Shown: positions 34,096-44,089 of the stretch, one piece after another
Layout of the letters: each line of letters opens with the position of its first letter
Numbering within the stretch: the stretch's first letter is position 1
From: Mantamonas sphyraenae STR306
Taxonomy: Eukaryota > Protista > CRuMs
Length of the DNA stretch: 64,000 bases
Direction of reading: 5' to 3'
Assembly: GCA_026936335.1 (NCBI GenBank)
Contig: JAPMXV010000074.1
Span: 124,001-188,000 of the forward strand
Notes under the pieces: model-generated
Told to the model about the DNA's origin: nothing
The model's input: the letters and a program-made list of their open reading frames with translations, nothing else
The model's database searches: none
Position numbers and translations under genes: made by a program

Positions 34096-37000
34096 TTACA
34101 CTCCTTCCTCTTCTTCTTCTTCACCCTCCTCCTCTACTGCTTCTCCTGATCCTGATTCCTCCGTCCCTGCTCTCTCCCCTCGCAGCTCTTCCAGATGCAG
34201 CTGCAGATCCACAACCACCACACGCAGTTCTTCCAACTCCTTGCCAGATGACGACGATGACCCCATCCCGTCCATCTCCTCCAGCGTCTGTGCCACCATC
34301 GATCGCACTGCGTCCATGTCTGCAGTGCCCCCGGCCCTGTGCTTCACCTGCAGCTCTGTCACCCAGCCAAGCAGCTGTGGATACTGCTTTGCCACTTTCT
34401 TGATCGCTTTCCATGACTTGCCCAGCCGCCGTTCCATGCTTCCGACACGCTCCTCCATGTCTTTCATCCTCGTTTGCAGTTCCATCAGTGCATCGTTGTC
34501 ATCCAGCACACGTCCATACAGCAGCGCTTGTGTATGCAGGTTGACTTTGTGCACCCTGCATGACCCGCACTTCTCCTTCTTCACCTCTGCCAACTCATGC
34601 ACATCCACACGCAGCCCATGCATCCCCCAGTCCATCCGCAACACCTCATCCACCTCTCCACTTGCCAAACACCGGTGACAGAGCGGATAGCACCTCAGTC
34701 CACTGCCCAGTCCATCACACAGCCCACTCTCCTCGGCCACACTCCGCACAAGGGCCTCCACTTTGCCCATCGTCTCCACCGCATCAGCCCATCCATCACT
34801 CGCCACCACAACGTCCACATACCGTGTGTGTGGCTCATGCACAGCCACAATGTGCGGTGCATCCCTGGGCCACACGTGCATCCAGTTCACATGCACCTGC
34901 TCTGGCTCCTCCACCCCGTCTGGGAATGCCTCAATCAGCCGCACTTGCACCAGATTGAAGAGAGCAGGAGGCAGCATGTGCCACTTCTCTGCCTGCCATG
35001 CCTCATCCTGCTCCTGCTCCTGCTCCTCCTCCCCATCATCTCCTTCCCCTCCCTCCACCACCCACACAAACCGCCGTCCAATCCGACACCCGTTCCCTGC
35101 CATCCACTCCCCGGGCAGCTCCATCTCCACCGTCCGCAGAAACGGAAACACAAGTGTGTCTGTTCCCACACGTGCACACATCTCCACCTCACACAGCAGC
35201 TCCAGAAGCACATCCGCCACCCCATCCTCACCACCATCTCCTCCTCCTTCCCACAGCTCCCCATGCAGCCTCCCCACCTGCTTCCGCAATCCATCATCCC
35301 ATTGCACGAGCCCGTGATGCTTCCCCTCCGCAATCTGCTTCCCTTTGTCCAACCCCTGAACCTCTGCACCACTCACAAACCCACCCATCAGCTTCGCCAG
35401 CCACACAGGGTCCACCACAACCACCCCTGCCCCTCTGTGCCACACCACCTCCTGCATGTGATGCAGTTCTTCCAGCGATGAATGAAAGATCCGCCCGCGC
35501 CTGCTCGGAAAGTGCTCCCGGATCTCCTCATTCCCCTTCACCATCGCCTCTAGTTCCTCCTCACGCATCCACGGCTGCTCCATCCCACCACTCTCCCGCA
35601 GTCCTTGCACGAACCTCTGCAGTTCCACCGTCCCGCGTGGCACCATCCTGTCCTCTGCCAGTGCCACACTCGCTTCCTCCAGACTGCCCAACAGCCCATC
35701 CACGTTGCCCTTCCACACATCCCCATCCACAACAAACACTCCCTTCTCCCTGTCCATCCGCAGCTGCTCGTACCTCTTGCTCTCCTTCCACCCTTCCACC
35801 CACCCTTGCACCATCCCACGTGCATCCTCCCGATCCATCCTCTCCCCCACCTTCACCTTCTCTCCCAGATCTGCATGCGTCAGCACAAACCACATCTGCG
35901 GTTTCTTCTTCCCTGCCACCTTGGATGCCACCTTGCTCGCCACCATGTCCAGCCACACCTCCAGCTCCCCACGCGCCGCCTCCATGTCCAACCTGTGCCC
36001 ACCTGCCACTGCATCCCACGCCACCATCGATGCCACCAGCACAAACACCCCGCCCTGGCCCATCAACAGGTACTGGTGGCCCACCCAGTACTCTGCCTGT
36101 CCGCCATAGTCACTAATACGCACACGCACATCCCCATCCCTCAGATCAAACTCATACACATCCATGCTGTGTGTCGCATCCGTCGTCCTCTCCTCCTTGT
36201 CCAGTTTCTGCTTCCGTCTCCTCCGTCTGAAAACCACTCGCCTCCTCTCCTTCCACGAGCTATTCCGCTTCATCGTGTCAATCAACGTCGTCTTGCCCTG
36301 TCCACCATGTCCCAGCACCATCCAGTTGACCCATTCCCATGCCGTGTCCATCCGTCGCAGATACTCTACCACCGCCTTCCCTCCCTTCTTCACCACAAAC
36401 CCAGGCACATCATCCAACGCCTCGTCATGCTCCAGTCGGAGCCACTGAAGCTCTTTCAAGCTGGCCATTGTCTGCCTGGGCAACACGCTAATGCCTGATC
36501 TGCGCAGATCCAGGACACGCAGCTCCACGCACAGGCCAATCTCCTCAGGCAGTTCTGTCACACCACTGTCACTCCCAGCAACCAGACACAGCGCCTGAGC
36601 TTGGATGCAACGATCAGAGGAAAGCTCAGCAGCCAACTGCTGCGATGTGGAGAATGACACAAGGCCATCCCGCTCAGCCCAGGCACCCAGCATGGCCAGA
36701 TGTGTCGACGAGTGCCTGCTTGCTGCGATGTCGAGTGGGGATTCTCCATTCATGTTTCTGACAGTGGCATCTGCACCACGAGCGATGAGAAGCGTCGCCG
36801 TCTCTGTGTGTCCGCTGTGTGCTGCTAGGTGCAACGGTGTCCGTCCGTCCCCATCCGTCTTGTCCACCTCTGCTCCCTTGTCCAGCAGAGATGCCGCCGT
36901 CTCAGTGTGCCCGTTTGATACTGCAATGTACAACGGGGTCCATCCGACCCCATCCGTCTTGTTCACCTCAGCTCCCCTGTCCAGCAGCATCGTCGAAGTC

Positions 37001-37539
37001 TCTGTGTACCCGTTCTGTGCTGCTCTGTGCAACGGTGTCCGTCCATCCCCATCCGTCTTGTCCACCTCTGCTCCCCTTTCCAGCAGCATTGACGCCGTCT
37101 CTGTGCGCCCGTTCTGTGCTGCTTTGTGCAACGGTGTCCGTCCGTACACATCCGTCTTGTCCTCTGCTCCCCTTTCCAGCAGCATTGACGCCGTCTCTGT
37201 GTGTCCGTTGTGTGCTGCAATGTGCAACGGTGTCCGTCCGTACACATCCGTCTTGTCCACCTCTGCTCCACTGTCCAGCAGCATTGTAACTATCCCCAGG
37301 GGACCCTTGAATACTGCAAAGTGCAAAGGTGTCGACCCGTCCCTCTCCGTCTTGTCCACCTCTGCTCCCCTGTCCAGCAGCAGCTTCGCCGCGTTGGTTT
37401 TCCCCTCCCACACCGCGTGGTGCAACGCTGTCCACCGATCCTCATCCTGTTCGTTCACATCTGCACCCCCATCAATCAAATTCTCCATTGCACTCATATC
37501 CTCCCTCCTCACTGCTCTCATCAGCTCTGTGTCCCTCAT
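34096..37539 (-). CDS. Roco protein B: ankyrin (N-cap + 7 + C-cap) - LRR - Roc - COR - coiled coil
   Basis: Same motifs as copy A. The ATG at 37539 (MRDTELMRAV) aligns with MSDTELIEAV of copy A. Stop TAA. Confidence 0.9.
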   Translation of the reverse strand: MRDTELMRAVRREDMSAMENLIDGGADVNEQDEDRWTALHHAVWEGKTNAAKLLLDRGAEVDKTERDGSTPLHFAVFKGPLGIVTMLLDSGAEVDKTDVYGRTPLHIAAHNGHTETASMLLERGAEDKTDVYGRTPLHKAAQNGRTETASMLLERGAEVDKTDGDGRTPLHRAAQNGYTETSTMLLDRGAEVNKTDGVGWTPLYIAVSNGHTETAASLLDKGAEVDKTDGDGRTPLHLAAHSGHTETATLLIARGADATVRNMNGESPLDIAASRHSSTHLAMLGAWAERDGLVSFSTSQQLAAELSSDRCIQAQALCLVAGSDSGVTELPEEIGLCVELRVLDLRRSGISVLPRQTMASLKELQWLRLEHDEALDDVPGFVVKKGGKAVVEYLRRMDTAWEWVNWMVLGHGGQGKTTLIDTMKRNSSWKERRRVVFRRRRRKQKLDKEERTTDATHSMDVYEFDLRDGDVRVRISDYGGQAEYWVGHQYLLMGQGGVFVLVASMVAWDAVAGGHRLDMEAARGELEVWLDMVASKVASKVAGKKKPQMWFVLTHADLGEKVKVGERMDREDARGMVQGWVEGWKESKRYEQLRMDREKGVFVVDGDVWKGNVDGLLGSLEEASVALAEDRMVPRGTVELQRFVQGLRESGGMEQPWMREEELEAMVKGNEEIREHFPSRRGRIFHSSLEELHHMQEVVWHRGAGVVVVDPVWLAKLMGGFVSGAEVQGLDKGKQIAEGKHHGLVQWDDGLRKQVGRLHGELWEGGGDGGEDGVADVLLELLCEVEMCARVGTDTLVFPFLRTVEMELPGEWMAGNGCRIGRRFVWVVEGGEGDDGEEEQEQEQDEAWQAEKWHMLPPALFNLVQVRLIEAFPDGVEEPEQVHVNWMHVWPRDAPHIVAVHEPHTRYVDVVVASDGWADAVETMGKVEALVRSVAEESGLCDGLGSGLRCYPLCHRCLASGEVDEVLRMDWGMHGLRVDVHELAEVKKEKCGSCRVHKVNLHTQALLYGRVLDDNDALMELQTRMKDMEERVGSMERRLGKSWKAIKKVAKQYPQLLGWVTELQVKHRAGGTADMDAVRSMVAQTLEEMDGMGSSSSSGKELEELRVVVVDLQLHLEELRGERAGTEESGSGEAVEEEGEEEEEEGV

Positions 37540-38522
37540 TCTTTCTCGCTTGCTGCCCCCGACGTCAGCAGTCCAATTTCTCTCCCCAACGCCCACACTC
37601 ACACTCACCCTCTCCTCCCCACCATCACATTGCACATTCTTCCCACTCACCTTCCACAATCCAATTGCCCCTCCCTGCGCACCTTGCATCCATTCCCCTC
37701 CTCTCTGTTCCTCCGTCTCCTCCCACTCCCAATCACCCCATTGCCACCCAAACCCCACCAGCCCCTTCCCTCTTTCGTTGTTCACTCCTTCCCGTTCTGC
37801 TTCTCCTACCCCGGCCGTGTCTCCATTTCAAGCTACACCCACCCAGCAACTGCCAGCATCCCCCTCACAGCCTTCCTGACTGACATTGGATTCCCACACA
37901 CTAAACCACGCTATTTCATCTTGAAAAACCCTTCATCCACCCCTGCGGATGTCACGAGTCAACGGCGAAGTGTGTTTCGATCTGCTCCGATCTGGCAATG
38001 TTGATCAACATCCCACCCAACCTCATCTGCCTCATGACCTGCCCCAACGTGCTTCCACTGCCATCATAATCACCCAGTGTGTCCACCTCGCCGGACAAGC
38101 ACACAAACGGAAGCAGCAGTGAACATGGAGCAGCACCTGCCACTGCCTCGATCCCAAACAGCTCCACCATGCACTTGCTGCACATTCAGTTGAGAGCCAC
38201 AATCTCACCTTTGCACACAATCCTCACATCACACCGTACCACTGCCCCAGCCGTCCCTCACATGTCAGCACACACGATCCCTCTTCCCACCCTCACCCCC
38301 ACACCCACCCCACCCATCTCCCCCATCCCCCCACCCAACCCCCCCAATCAACTCCATGCCAAACCAACACACTCTCCACACCTCAAGCGCGTGGATCAAT
38401 CTCAAACTACGGCAGAAAGTGGGGGGCAATCTTTGTTCTTGCTCTCTCCCTCGGTCTCTCTCTCTCTGCCCACACTGGATACAAGCAGCAGCAGCAGCTT
38501 CACAGCTTCACAGCTGTTCCAC

Positions 38523-39008
38523 TTACTCCTCCCACTCATCAACAGAGTCCTCCTCCTCCTCATCGGAGCTGGAGCCCTCAGAGTAGTCATCCACATCCTC
38601 AATGTCCGACTGCAGCAGACGCGGGCTGAACACAGCTGCCGTGGCCACGGGCATACCGCCACCGTACTGAGTGCGGAACGTACCGTCGGCCTTCTGGTGC
38701 GGCCACACGCCAGCCTTCTCCATTGTGTAGCGCACGTTGCGGAACTTCTCGCGGAAGTTGTAGTACGCCTGGCCCACCTTGGTCTGCGAGAACTTCTTGC
38801 CAAACTCAGCACCCAGCTTCTGGCGCAGCGCCGTCTTGGCCTTGTCACCGTACTTCATCACCTGCTTCTTCAGGAAGTCGCGGGCGTCAAAGTTCTCCTT
38901 GGCCACAATCTTGTTGACCGAGTTCATCACCTCACCGTACTTCTGCGAGATCATCTGGAAGGTCTTGCTCTTGGACAGCGACTCACGGATGCGGCCCAGC
39001 ACACCGTT
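38523..39008 (-). pseudogene. Duplicated 3' fragment of the cationic secreted gene (copy 2), frame intact
   Basis: Matches 45066-45551 with two visible substitutions. Confidence 0.8.
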
Positions 39009-39057
39009 GGTCACACAGTCGACGGTGGTGGACCTGAGGGCATTCTGTGGGCTTTTG

Positions 39058-39537
39058 TCACCCCTTGAGGAGGGTCAAACGGGCAGTGACCCACACGTTG
39101 CTGTCCATGGTGAGATCCTTCTGATTGTGTGGTACGCCACCAAACATGTACAGCGAGTCCTTGGCCAGGGCCATGGCGTGGCCGTCGCGTGAACCAGGCT
39201 GAAGCAACGAGTGCGACGGCAGCTGTTGCACATCCACCACCAGCGGGTCGGTGCTCGACGACGACACACTTCCACTGCTGCTTCCTCTGCTGGTGCTGGT
39301 GGTGGTGCTGTGGAAGCGTCGGAATGTCGACGGTGACGACGGTGACGACGGTTGGAGGCGAAAGGAAGAGGCACGGGCTGACGAGGGCGAGCCCAGGCCA
39401 GGCGAACGGTAGGAAGAGGCACGTGGGGAGGCAGGCGAGGCTGAACGTGAGCTTGGTGATCGGCGTATACTGGGACTGGAGGGTGTGGATGACGATGATG
39501 ATGCCAGCCACGACCAGTTGGAGGACGACGATGACAT
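39058..39537 (-). pseudogene. Duplicated, truncated 5' fragment of the kelch/coiled-coil gene (copy 2)
   Basis: Same breakpoint and same VTARLTLLKG* tail as copy 1. Confidence 0.8.
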
Positions 39538-39880
39538 CCTCGCTGGGTTTTGGTTGGCAGCGCGGGTGGTGTGCCTGTTGTGGGCGGCAGTGCACAATGG
39601 TGTCCACTGCCTTGCTTGGTTGTGTCCACGTGTGTGTGTGTGTGTGTGACTGTGTGCAGCAGCATCGACAGTGAGTCTGTGTGGCCATGGAGTGTGCTCC
39701 TGTCCGGAGGAGTGATGGGGTGTTGGTGTGTGACACCATTACACAATGCAGCAATCAACCGGCATGTGGCTTTGTTGTTGGGTGTTCGCCCTGTCCACTC
39801 CTCTGTCCAATGGTCCAGCAGCATCGTAGCCCAACTTATCTTCATTCTCCCATCCCTGCACACACATCCTCCAACACTCT

Positions 39881-42800
39881 TCACACCCCTTCATCATCTT
39901 CATCTTCATCCTCCTCCTCTGCCACTTCTCCGGATTCCTCCGTCCCTGCTCTCTCCCCTCGCAGCTCTTCCAGATGCAGCTGCAGATCCACAACCACCAC
40001 ACGCAGTTCTTCCAACTCCTTGCCAGATGACGACGATGACCCCATCCCGTCCATCTCCTCCAGCGTCTGTGCCACCATCGATCGCACTGCGTCCATGTCT
40101 GCTGTGCCCCCGGCCCTGTGCTTCACCTGCAGCTCTGTCACCCAGCCAAGCAGCTGTGGATACTGCTTTGCCACTTTCTTGATCGCTTTCCATGACTTGC
40201 CCAGCCGCCGTTCCATGCTCCCAACACGCTCCTCCATGTCTTTCATCCTTGTTTGCAGTTCCATCAGTGCATCTTTGTCATCCAACACACGTCCATACAG
40301 CAGCGCCTGTGTATGCAGGTTGACTTTGTGCACCCTGCATGAACCACACTTCTCTTTCTCCACCTCTGCCAACTCCTGCACATCCACACGCAGCCCGTGC
40401 ATCCCCCAGTCCATCCGCAGCACCTCATCCACCTCTCCACTTGCCAAACACCGGTGACAGAGCGGATAGCACCTCAGTCCACTGCCCAGTCCATCACACA
40501 GCCCACTCTCCTCGGCCACACTCCGCACAAGGGCCTCCAATTTGCCCATCGTCTCCACCACATCCGCCCATCCAGCACTCGCCACCACAACGTCCACATA
40601 CCGTGTGTGTGGCTCATGCACAGCCACAATGTGCGGTGCATCCACAGGCCACACGTGCATCCAGTTCACATGCACCTGCTCGGGCTCCTCCACCCCGTCT
40701 GGGAATGCTTCAATCAGTCGCACCTGCACCAGATTGAAGAGAGCAGGAGGCAGCATGTGCCACTTCTCTGCCTGCCATGCCTCGTCCTGCTCCTCCTGCT
40801 CCTCATTCCCTTCCTGATCAGTCACCACCCACACAAACCGCCGTCCAATCCGACACCCGTTCTCTGCCATCCACTCCCCGGGCAGTTCCATCTTCACCGT
40901 CCGCAGAAATGGAAACACAAGCGTATCTGTCCCCACACGTGCACACATCTCCACCTCACACAGCAGCTCCAGCAGCACATCCGCCACCCCATCCTCACTC
41001 GTACATCCCCACAGCCCCCCATGCAACCTCCCCACCTGCTTCCTCAATCCATCATCCCACTGCACCAGCCCATGGTGTTTCCCCTCCCCAATCTGCTTCC
41101 CTTTGTTCAGCCCTTGCACATGTTCTCCGCTCACAAACCCTCCCATCAGCTTCGCCAGCCACACAGGATCAAGTACAACCACCCCTGCTCCCCTGTGCCA
41201 CACCACCTCTTGCATGTGGTGCAGTTCCTCCAGCGATGAATGAAAGATCCGCCCTGAACTGCTCGGAAAGTGCTCTTTCGTCACCCAATACCTCTTGACC
41301 AGTTGCATCAGCCTCTCATCCCGAATCCAAGGTTTGGCAAGCATGCTACTCTCCCGCAGTCCCTGCACATACTTCTGCAGCTCCACCGTCCCGCGTGGCA
41401 CCATCCTCTCCTCTGCCAGTGCCACACTCGCATCCTCCAAACTGCCCAACAACCCATCCACGTTGTCCTTCCACACATCCCCATCTACCACAAACACTCC
41501 CTTCTCTGCATCCATCCGCAGCTGCTCGTACCTCTTGCTCTCCTTCCACCCTTCCACCCACCCTTTCAACATCCCACATGCATCCTCCCGATCCATCCTC
41601 TCCCCCACCTTCACCTTCTCTCCCAGATCTGCATGTGTCACCACAAACCACATCTGCGGCTTCTTCTTCCCTGCCACCTTGGGTGCCACCTTGCTCGCCA
41701 CCATGTCCAGCCACACCTCCAGCTCCCCACGTGCTGCCTCCATGTCCACCCTGTGTCCACCTTCCACTGCATCCCACGCCACCATCGATGCCACCAGCAC
41801 AAACACCCCGCCCTGGCCCATCAACAGGTACTGGTGGCCCACCCAGTACTCTGCCTGTCCACCATAGTCACTGATACGCACACGCACATCTCCACCCTTC
41901 AGATCAAACTCATACACATCCATGCTGTGTGTCGCATCCGTCGTCCTCTCCTCCTTGTCCAGCTTGAGTTTGGCTGTGCGCCACCTGAAGAACACCTTGC
42001 CCCACTCTTCCCACGAGCTATTCCGCTTCATCGTGTCAATCAGTGTCGTTTTGCCCTGTCCACCATGTCCCAGCACCATCCAGTTCACCCACTCCCACGC
42101 AGTATCCATCCGTGCCAGATATTCCACCACCGCCTTCCCTCCTTTCTTCACCACAAACCCAGGCACATCATCCAACGCCTCATCATGCTCCAGCAACAAG
42201 TGCTCCAACTTCCCGAGATTCTCCATTGCCTGCCTGGGCAACACGCTGATGCCCGATCTGCGCAGATCCAGGACACGCAGCTCCACACACATGCCAATCT
42301 CTTCAGGAAGCTCTGACACATCGCTTTCACTCTCAGCAACCAAACACAGCGCCTGAGGTTGGATACAACGAGCAGACGACAGCTCAGCAGCCAACTGCTG
42401 CGATGTGGAGAACGACACAAGGCCATCGCGCTCAGCCCAGGCACCCAGCATGGCCAAATGTGTCGACGGGTGCCTGGTTGCTGCGATGTTGAGTGCAGAC
42501 CCTCCAAACGGGGTTGTGACAGTGACATCTGCACCACGAGCGATGAGAAGCGTCACCGTCTCTGTCTGTCCGTTCGCTACCGCAATGTGCAACGGTGTCC
42601 GTCCGTTCTCATCCGCCTTGTCCACCTGTGCTCCCCTGTCCAGCAGCATCGTCGCAGTCTCTGTGTACCCTTTCTCTGCTGCAACGTACAAAGGTGTCCG
42701 TCCGTTCTCATCCGCCTTGTCCACCTGTGCTCCCCTGTCCAGCAGCATCATCACCATCTCTGTGTTTCCTTTCTTTGCTGCTGTGTACAACGGTGTCCAC

Positions 42801-44089
42801 CCAATGCTGTCCGCCTTGTCCACCTCTGCTCCCCTGTCCAGCAGCATCGTCGCCGTCTCTGTGTACCCTTTCTCTGCTGCAACGTACAACGGTGTCCATC
42901 CCTTCCCCCACGCCTTGTCCACCTCTGCTCCCCCGTCCAGCAGCATCGTCGCCGTCTCTGTGTACCCTTTCTCTGCTGCTTTGTACAACGGTGTCCACGT
43001 CCCCCCCACCTTTTTCACCTGTGCTCCCCTGTCCAGCAGCATCATCACCGTCTTTGTGTGCCCGTGCTCTGCTGCAATGTACAAAGGTGTCCGTCCGAAA
43101 TCATCCCTCTTGTCCACCTCTGCTCCCCTGTCCAGCAGCATCGTCGCCGTCTCGGTGTGCCCGTGCTGTGCTGCTTTGTACAACGGTGTCCACCCGTTCA
43201 TATTCGCCTTGTCCACATCTGCTCCCCTGTTCAGCAGCATCGTCGCCGTCTCTGTGTGCCCGTTCTCTGCTGCGATGTACAACGGTGTCCTCCCGTTCTC
43301 ATCAATCTTGTCCAACGCTGTTCCCCTTTCCAGCAGCACTGTCACCGTCTCTGTGTGCCCCTCCTGTGCTGCCATGTGCAACGGTGTCCTCCCGTCCTTC
43401 TCCACCTCGTCCATCTCTGCTCCCCTGTCCAGCAGCATCATCACAGTCTCTGTGTGTCCGTACCATGCTGCAATGTGCAACGGTGTCCACCCGTCCGTCC
43501 CCGCCTTGTCCACATCTGCACCCCTGTCCAGCAGCATCGCCGCAGTCTCCGTGTGCCCGTTCGATGCTGCACTGAATAGAGGTGTCCGTCCGTCCCTATC
43601 CATCTTGTCCACCTCTGCTCCCCTGTTCAGCAGCATCGTCGCCGTCTCTGTGTGCCCTTCCTGAGCTGCAATGTGTAACGGTATGGCTCCGTACTTCGTC
43701 GGCATGTCCACTTCTGCTCCCCTGTCCAGCAGCATCATCACCGACTCTGTGTGCCCGTTCTGTGCTGCCATGTACAACGGTGTCCTCCCGCTCCTCTCCG
43801 CCTTGTCCAACGCTGTTCCTCTTTCCAGCAGCATCGTCACTATCCCCGTGTGACCCTTCAATGCTGCAAAGTGCAACGGTGTCCTCCCGTTCCTCTCCGT
43901 CTTGTCCACCTCTGTTCCCCTGTCCAGCAGCAACTTTGCCGCGTTTGTTTTCCCCTCCCACCCCGCGTGGTGCAACGCTGTCCACCCATCCTCATCCTGT
44001 TCGTTCACATCTGCACCCCCATCAATCAACTCCTCCATTACACGATTATCACCCCACCTCACTGCTTTCATCAGCTCTGCGTCGCTCAT
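39881..44089 (-). CDS. Roco protein C: ankyrin (N-cap + 15 + C-cap) - LRR - Roc - COR - coiled coil
   Basis: Same motifs as A and B. It is 296 aa longer than A, matching about nine extra 33-aa ankyrin units. ATG 44089, stop TGA. Confidence 0.9.
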   Translation of the reverse strand: MSDAELMKAVRWGDNRVMEELIDGGADVNEQDEDGWTALHHAGWEGKTNAAKLLLDRGTEVDKTERNGRTPLHFAALKGHTGIVTMLLERGTALDKAERSGRTPLYMAAQNGHTESVMMLLDRGAEVDMPTKYGAIPLHIAAQEGHTETATMLLNRGAEVDKMDRDGRTPLFSAASNGHTETAAMLLDRGADVDKAGTDGWTPLHIAAWYGHTETVMMLLDRGAEMDEVEKDGRTPLHMAAQEGHTETVTVLLERGTALDKIDENGRTPLYIAAENGHTETATMLLNRGADVDKANMNGWTPLYKAAQHGHTETATMLLDRGAEVDKRDDFGRTPLYIAAEHGHTKTVMMLLDRGAQVKKVGGTWTPLYKAAEKGYTETATMLLDGGAEVDKAWGKGWTPLYVAAEKGYTETATMLLDRGAEVDKADSIGWTPLYTAAKKGNTEMVMMLLDRGAQVDKADENGRTPLYVAAEKGYTETATMLLDRGAQVDKADENGRTPLHIAVANGQTETVTLLIARGADVTVTTPFGGSALNIAATRHPSTHLAMLGAWAERDGLVSFSTSQQLAAELSSARCIQPQALCLVAESESDVSELPEEIGMCVELRVLDLRRSGISVLPRQAMENLGKLEHLLLEHDEALDDVPGFVVKKGGKAVVEYLARMDTAWEWVNWMVLGHGGQGKTTLIDTMKRNSSWEEWGKVFFRWRTAKLKLDKEERTTDATHSMDVYEFDLKGGDVRVRISDYGGQAEYWVGHQYLLMGQGGVFVLVASMVAWDAVEGGHRVDMEAARGELEVWLDMVASKVAPKVAGKKKPQMWFVVTHADLGEKVKVGERMDREDACGMLKGWVEGWKESKRYEQLRMDAEKGVFVVDGDVWKDNVDGLLGSLEDASVALAEERMVPRGTVELQKYVQGLRESSMLAKPWIRDERLMQLVKRYWVTKEHFPSSSGRIFHSSLEELHHMQEVVWHRGAGVVVLDPVWLAKLMGGFVSGEHVQGLNKGKQIGEGKHHGLVQWDDGLRKQVGRLHGGLWGCTSEDGVADVLLELLCEVEMCARVGTDTLVFPFLRTVKMELPGEWMAENGCRIGRRFVWVVTDQEGNEEQEEQDEAWQAEKWHMLPPALFNLVQVRLIEAFPDGVEEPEQVHVNWMHVWPVDAPHIVAVHEPHTRYVDVVVASAGWADVVETMGKLEALVRSVAEESGLCDGLGSGLRCYPLCHRCLASGEVDEVLRMDWGMHGLRVDVQELAEVEKEKCGSCRVHKVNLHTQALLYGRVLDDKDALMELQTRMKDMEERVGSMERRLGKSWKAIKKVAKQYPQLLGWVTELQVKHRAGGTADMDAVRSMVAQTLEEMDGMGSSSSSGKELEELRVVVVDLQLHLEELRGERAGTEESGEVAEEEDEDEDDEGV

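Noticed and set aside
37540-37785. 82-aa N-terminal extension of Roco B in the ORF track
   Set aside because: It is not open in copies A and C, and the aligned ATG is at 37539.
28446-44089. Diversity-generating retroelement or transposon as the cause of ankyrin variability and triplication
   Set aside because: I see no reverse transcriptase, transposase, template repeat, clear TIR/TSD or adenine-specific variation in the window. Recombination suffices.
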